IMG/VR virus record: IMGVR_UViG_3300020473_002200
Location: 32,001 to 96,000 of that record
Length of the DNA stretch: 64,000 bases
Direction: 5' to 3' (one strand)
Origin: a virus
Every line of letters begins with the position of its first letter. Position 1 is the first letter of the stretch. Below are positions 59,124 to 64,000 of the stretch, piece by piece. Below the pieces are notes generated by a model. The model had not been told where the DNA came from. It searched no databases and worked only from the letters and a program-made list of their open reading frames with translations. Made by a program: the position numbers and the translations under genes.

Positions 59124-59382
59124 GCATAAAGAAGTATTTCTAAACCATATATTTCTTTTGATGTATTATATGGGGTTTGGGTATAGAGAATGTTACTTAT
59201 TACCAGTTTGGCAAAGAATTTGGTTCATAGAAAGAATCAATAAAGAAATTAAGGAATCTAATAAGAATAATGGTGGTGAGGGTGCTGCAACTAGGGCAGC
59301 GCATCACAATGATCCAAATGTTCGAGCAATGATGGGTCGACATCGTGCTAATGTTCCGGCAAAATTGAGAAGATTTACATAA
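59104..59382 (+). CDS. Second chaperone ORF (T4 gp51-like), probably reached by frameshift
   Basis: The frame is open from 59083: FFGLTPEHKEVFLNHIFLLMYYMGFGYRECYLLPVWQRIWFI...; no SD before the track start at 59158. Confidence 0.65.
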   Translation, partial: FFGLTPEHKEVFLNHIFLLMYYMGFGYRECYLLPVWQRIWFIERINKEIKESNKNNGGEGAATRAAHHNDPNVRAMMGRHRANVPAKLRRFT

Positions 59383-59390
59383 TTAAGAAT

Positions 59391-59648
59391 ATGCTTAATG
59401 AAATAAAATGGAAAGATTTTTTTGCTGATTGCGCGACATACGTTATTAGTGAAAATAAAAGCTTCAGAATAAACGGGGATAAGAAGATCGCAGAAGCAAC
59501 CGCAAATGCCTTGTCTAGCTCCAGGAAGCTATATAACGTATTGTGTTCTGAGCAGTCTTCTATTTTAGAGGTGAAAACTGCTATTATTAGTAAAAAGAAA
59601 GCAGCGAATCAATTTCTAAAAACCACCGGCATTTGTTGGCCCTTTTAA
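59391..59648 (+). CDS. Hypothetical protein upstream of tape measure
   Basis: 85 aa track ORF filling the gap, ends in WPF. Confidence 0.65.
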   Translation: MLNEIKWKDFFADCATYVISENKSFRINGDKKIAEATANALSSSRKLYNVLCSEQSSILEVKTAIISKKKAANQFLKTTGICWPF

Positions 59649-59714
59649 CCTATTGCGTACGTATTTTATCGGTGCGTAATAATTATTCCTAGTGGTTAAC
59701 TTTTTGGGGGCAGC

Positions 59715-62700
59715 GTGTCTGAAGATTTGGGAAAACAGGTTGAGTTACAGGCTCAATTAAACAAGCTTCTACAAGACCGCATAAAACTTCAAAATCAATT
59801 AAATTCTGCATGCGGACAACAGGCCGGCTGCGCTCAGCAAATGAATGAAGCTGCTGAAAAGGCCACCGCTAATCAAGAAAAGCAGGCAAAGGGCCAGCAA
59901 AAGATAACGCAAGAGCAAGAAAAGGCTCGCAAATCACAAGAAAAATCTGGTAAAACCGCAGACGGATTCTTTTCTAAGATCACAACCGGTCAAGCTGCCG
60001 CAACTGGCGGTGTTATGGGGTTAGTCAAAGGCTTTAAGGATATGGGCTTTTCCCTTAGTGGGATGGGTAAGCTAATAAAGAGTTTCGTATCCGGATTGTT
60101 CAGTATCGGTGTGGCTATTATTAAGATGCCTTTTAAGATCTTTAGCGGTCTTGTTGGCATGGCTAATAATATGGCCCAAGCCGGAGTTGCGCTAAGGCAA
60201 GCGTATGAAGACGTGCGTAAAGAATTCGGTTCATTCGCAGAAGGTCCTGCCAAAAATGTAATCGCCGGCTTTAAGGATATGACAAAATCTGCCAATAATT
60301 TAGGTGGCACTGGTTTATCCGTTTCAAAAGTTTATGGTTGGGGCCCCGATGGCATGGCTGCGATGTTGAAGGACGTAGCTGACATTGCTAAGGGTCTTGG
60401 ATCTGCAATGAACCTATTGGGTGATGAGTTTGGTAAAGTTGCTCAAAAAGCCGCAATGTTTAAAAAGGGTATGGGTCTTTCTGGCGAGCAAATGGGCAAA
60501 CTTATGAAAGATGCCAAGCTATCTGGTAAGTCTCAAACTGAAATGATGACTGAAGTTGGTAGCATGTCATTACAAATGGCTAAAAAGTTTGGGCTTAGCT
60601 CTAAAGATATTGCTCGAGATATAGCTGACATGAAGGGTGACTTTGTTACGTTTGGTAATGTGAGCACAACTCAAATGGGGGCCGCTTCGGCTTACGCTAG
60701 AAAACTTGGCATGACCATGAAAGATCTTAAGGGTGTGGTTGACAAGTTTGACAACTTTGAAGGAGCCGCAGATAGCGTATCACAATTGAATCAGGCATTT
60801 GGTATCCAGCTTGATACGATGAAGATGATGAACGCTGAAAATCCAGCAGAGCGAATTGATATGTTGAGAGAATCCTTCTTCGCTGCTGGTAAGTCTATAG
60901 AAAATATGACTCGCCAAGAAAAGAAGCTTCTACAACAACAAACAGGTCTAACTGAATCTGCACTAAAGAACGCTTTCGCAGCCGAAAACCAGGGTATTGC
61001 GTATGAAGACTTTGCTGACGCTGCCGCCGATTCTGAAGAAGCGCAAATGTCAGAAAAAGAGGTAATGCTTAAGCTTGCCGAAGCTATTGAAAAAATCACC
61101 AAAACCGGCCCACAGTTTACTGGAATTTTTGATGCATTTTTCAAAGGTTTTGGTAAGGGTATGGCTTATCAAAAAGATTTTAGGGCTTTGCTGTCAACAA
61201 TTCGTTCATTTTTGTTTGTTGTATATGACTTTGGTAAGAAAATCGGTGGTGTGTTTGCCGATATATTGGCAGAAACTGGATTGCTAGGGGGCTTGCAAGA
61301 TCTTTTTGATCCTGGTGCTCTTAAGATCTTTTTAGATGACATAATGAAGACTGTCTGTAAGCTCAAGGCTTGGTTAATCGATGGGACAGGTAATCCTGAT
61401 GAGATCCTACAAGAGTTTACAGATAAGTTTGCCAATTTCTTTAGCGATAAAAAGAAAGCGCTAGGTAAAACAGGCGGCGCGCTTAAGCGTATGGGGCTAC
61501 TATTTTCAAAACTCTTTGGCGCTGTAACTGGTTGGTTATGGAAGAAGTTGGCTCCACTTTTCACATCTATGTTTGAAAAAGTTGGTGCTTATCTTTCAAA
61601 GAACTGGAAGCCAATTGCAATGTTTGTTGCTAAATACGTAATGGCTCCATTATTAATATGGGCTGTAATGAAAGGCTTCGTATTTGCAGCCGGTGCCGGC
61701 TTAGCAAAAATGCTCGCAGCAAAATTTCTAGGAATTAAAGCCGCCGCCGCCGCTGCCTCGAAGGCTGGCTCAACAGGGGCTGCTGCTGCTGCATCTAGCG
61801 GCGGCTTAGCGGCTTGGCTCCAGTCTTTGGCGATGATGCCTAAGGGAACGATTGGTAAGGCTGCTCAAACATTAATAGCACTTGCTGCCGTATTTTCTGT
61901 GGGTGTCGTTATGTTCGCCGGGGCATTTTGGGCTGCTGGTAAGCTATTAAGGAAAGTTAGCTGGAATACTATGGCGAAGGTTCTGGTAATGGTAGCAGCC
62001 AGCATGGTCGCCACCGCTGGCCTAATAACTGCAGCTCTTATACTTGACGCAATGAAGAGCCAGATGGGTCAAGCTATTATTGGCCTGTTGGCTGCAGCTG
62101 CTGTATTTTCGATTGGTATGATTGCCTACGCTGGTGGCATCTGGGTTGTTAATAAAATACTTTCAAAAGTTCCCATGATGCAATTCTTAAAGCAGCTTGG
62201 GGTTATTGTTCTTTGTATGGCAATTACTGGATTAGCAATAATCGCAGCTGCTTTGCTTGTGGCTGATGGCGGTACAACAGCTGGCCTGGCTTTACTTGGT
62301 ACGCTAGCGGCGGCACTATTGTTCAACGTTGGTATGGTTGCTTTTGCCGGTGGTATTTGGGTCGTTAGTAAGATATTAGCCAAAGTAGACTTAGGTAGAT
62401 TTTTAAAACAACTAGGCACTATAGTACTTGCAATGGCTGCAACTGGATTGATGATAGCCGGCGGGGCAGCAATTGGTATGATGGGCCCTGCTCTTCTTTT
62501 GGCTGGAGCCGGCATCGTCGCTGCTGCCGCATTATTTACTGGAGGTATGCTCGCATTTGCAGGTGGTATTGCGATTGTTATGGCTGCGATTAATAAGATA
62601 TCTGGCTTCGATAAATTTCCAAGTAAGCTCAAGGTAGTTGGGCTAGCAATGCTGGCCACTGTTGGATTATTGGGAATGGCAGCTGTTGGTGTATTAGCTG

Positions 62701-64000
62701 GTTTGGCTTATCCATTAATAATAGCGGGTCTTACCGCCTCTGCCGCTCTTTTTACTGGTGGTATGCTATTATTCGCTGGGGCTATAGCTACTGTAGATAG
62801 AAAATTCAAAATGAAAAAAGGTTTTGAGAAGAAACTGGATATTGTCCAGGACGTAATAAATATGACCGCCGAAATGCTAAAAATAGCTGGTAAGATGGGA
62901 CTTACGGCGTTATTGGGCTTTGGTGGTCCTTCAATAGACAGCGGCGCTGCCTTCTTTATCGAGTCCGGACCTAAGTTATTCGAGATGGTAAAGAGTATTG
63001 ACAAGATAAAAATCCCAGACCCCAAGAAGACAGCAGCTGTTGTAGGGATTGTAAAAGATTTAATAATGGCGATGTCTGCGCTTAAATCGCTTGTTCCAGA
63101 GCAAGGTGTATTTAGCTCTATTGCAACTATGTTGTCTGGCGGTTCTCCAAAGGCGTTAGTTTCTGAAATGGGTACATTTATTACTTCAATCTTAGATAAA
63201 CTGCAAGAGTGTGTGAAGGGGTTTGTCAAGCTTGCGCAAGGTATGAGCAAGTCAGATTTAGAAAAGGGTAAAGTCGTTGCAAGCATGATTAAGGCGATTG
63301 CAGACGTTGCCGCAGCTATGGCGCCTACATTGAAATTAATATCAGAGGATGCTTCGTACGCTACAACAATGAAGCTATTATCTGCCGGTACGGTAACTCA
63401 CAAGACTGGTACTGCTATGGAAGGTATGACCGTATTTTTCGATAAACTTATAGAGAAAATGCCACCGCTAATTACAGCTTTAGTTGAAGTAATGACAAAA
63501 GCTATGAAGGGCAAAGATCCAAAGAAAGTTTCCGCGCAGGCAGATGTTCTTGGCAAGATTATGAGCTCTGTAAAAGATGTGATGGCGGCTGTAGGCGAAT
63601 TCCAAAAGATGGTTGGAAAGCAGGACGGGTGGCTAACATCTACTAAGGGCGCGATGAAAGAAGTTGAAAAGATGTTCGATCTGGTCGCTAAGTTGGTTGG
63701 TCCGGGCGGGGCTATCAATAAAATGATAACCGCAATGATAGAATTAGCAAATCAGCTCGTCAAACTAAATACAATTAAGCCTGAAGATATGAAAAATCAG
63801 ATTAAGGTTCTTGAAACTATCGCGGGTGATGTATTACCTAATCTGGGTAATGCTATGCAAAAGATGTCTGAAATAGAATTCCCAGATCTAACCGAAAAAA
63901 CAGGGTTCCTTGGCGGTGGTACCTCTGTGAAAGATCAAATCTTAAATGCATTTGACCAAATGGCGACGTTGATCACTGACGGGAACAAGAAATTAACTTC
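59715..64000 (+). CDS. Tape measure protein, 3'-truncated (>1400 aa); absent from the ORF track
   Basis: GTG at 59715 after GGGGG (MSEDLGKQVELQAQLNKLL...); Ala/Gly/Met-rich helical and hydrophobic segments; same frame still open at the window end (FDQMATLITDGNKKL). The frame was spot-checked, not read codon by codon. Confidence 0.85.
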   Translation, partial: MSEDLGKQVELQAQLNKLLQDRIKLQNQLNSACGQQAGCAQQMNEAAEKATANQEKQAKGQQKITQEQEKARKSQEKSGKTADGFFSKITTGQAAATGGVMGLVKGFKDMGFSLSGMGKLIKSFVSGLFSIGVAIIKMPFKIFSGLVGMANNMAQAGVALRQAYEDVRKEFGSFAEGPAKNVIAGFKDMTKSANNLGGTGLSVSKVYGWGPDGMAAMLKDVADIAKGLGSAMNLLGDEFGKVAQKAAMFKKGMGLSGEQMGKLMKDAKLSGKSQTEMMTEVGSMSLQMAKKFGLSSKDIARDIADMKGDFVTFGNVSTTQMGAASAYARKLGMTMKDLKGVVDKFDNFEGAADSVSQLNQAFGIQLDTMKMMNAENPAERIDMLRESFFAAGKSIENMTRQEKKLLQQQTGLTESALKNAFAAENQGIAYEDFADAAADSEEAQMSEKEVMLKLAEAIEKITKTGPQFTGIFDAFFKGFGKGMAYQKDFRALLSTIRSFLFVVYDFGKKIGGVFADILAETGLLGGLQDLFDPGALKIFLDDIMKTVCKLKAWLIDGTGNPDEILQEFTDKFANFFSDKKKALGKTGGALKRMGLLFSKLFGAVTGWLWKKLAPLFTSMFEKVGAYLSKNWKPIAMFVAKYVMAPLLIWAVMKGFVFAAGAGLAKMLAAKFLGIKAAAAAASKAGSTGAAAAASSGGLAAWLQSLAMMPKGTIGKAAQTLIALAAVFSVGVVMFAGAFWAAGKLLRKVSWNTMAKVLVMVAASMVATAGLITAALILDAMKSQMGQAIIGLLAAAAVFSIGMIAYAGGIWVVNKILSKVPMMQFLKQLGVIVLCMAITGLAIIAAALLVADGGTTAGLALLGTLAAALLFNVGMVAFAGGIWVVSKILAKVDLGRFLKQLGTIVLAMAATGLMIAGGAAIGMMGPALLLAGAGIVAAAALFTGGMLAFAGGIAIVMAAINKISGFDKFPSKLKVVGLAMLATVGLLGMAAVGVLAGLAYPLIIAGLTASAALFTGGMLLFAGAIATVDRKFKMKKGFEKKLDIVQDVINMTAEMLKIAGKMGLTALLGFGGPSIDSGAAFFIESGPKLFEMVKSIDKIKIPDPKKTAAVVGIVKDLIMAMSALKSLVPEQGVFSSIATMLSGGSPKALVSEMGTFITSILDKLQECVKGFVKLAQGMSKSDLEKGKVVASMIKAIADVAAAMAPTLKLISEDASYATTMKLLSAGTVTHKTGTAMEGMTVFFDKLIEKMPPLITALVEVMTKAMKGKDPKKVSAQADVLGKIMSSVKDVMAAVGEFQKMVGKQDGWLTSTKGAMKEVEKMFDLVAKLVGPGGAINKMITAMIELANQLVKLNTIKPEDMKNQIKVLETIAGDVLPNLGNAMQKMSEIEFPDLTEKTGFLGGGTSVKDQILNAFDQMATLITDGNKKLT

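Noticed and set aside
155-63718. Numerous minus-strand and alternate-frame ORFs in the track (e.g. 155..499, 19444..20061, 39371..39862, 44651..44983, 62126..63286)
   Set aside because: They lie wholly within strongly supported + strand genes, lack RBSs and read as antisense shadows of biased codons or repeats.
1-64000. Stop-codon reassignment, as seen in some jumbo phages
   Set aside because: Genes are long and intact in the standard code, and TAA, TAG (847, 4485, 47924) and TGA (37560, 47245, 59123) all occur as true gene ends.
1-64000. CRISPR arrays, tRNAs, introns, inteins, DGR template/variable repeats
   Set aside because: I saw no repeat-spacer array, cloverleaf, intein C...HN block or long near-identical repeat pair; TerL, portal and protease have ordinary core lengths. 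A tRNAscan/Infernal run was not possible.

Overview
A 64 kb segment of the morphogenesis region of a large, T4-related (contractile-tailed, probably jumbo) bacteriophage. Every credible gene is on the + strand, read in the standard code. Order: tail-fibre and baseplate-like genes, including four unassigned giant ORFs of 770-2752 aa (1-26718); an embedded RuvC-like / primase / fused Mre11-Rad50 cassette (26734-31402); terminase large subunit, portal, prohead protease, small head proteins, scaffold and major capsid protein (32034-42976); a post-capsid cassette (zeta-toxin-like P-loop kinase, histone-like Lys/Thr/Ala protein, a structured RNA leader and two paralogous decoration-like proteins, 43088-45999); neck and tail-terminator genes, two tandem tail-sheath paralogues, tail tube, a chaperone pair joined by a probable +1 frameshift, and a tape-measure gene that runs off the right edge. 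AGGAG-type Shine-Dalgarno sites are common, which argues against a Bacteroidota host (inference). Best candidates for undescribed biology: (i) a head-cargo system in which shared N- and C-terminal peptide motifs may route a kinase and a histone-like protein into the capsid; (ii) a pseudoknotted, possibly switchable RNA leader at 45031-45097; (iii) an ATA[T/A/G]TTA late-promoter motif, in one case inside a hairpin that hides the ribosome-binding site; (iv) a mobile ~120-130 aa module nested inside sheath and baseplate proteins. All functional calls come from motif recognition by eye; no searches were run.
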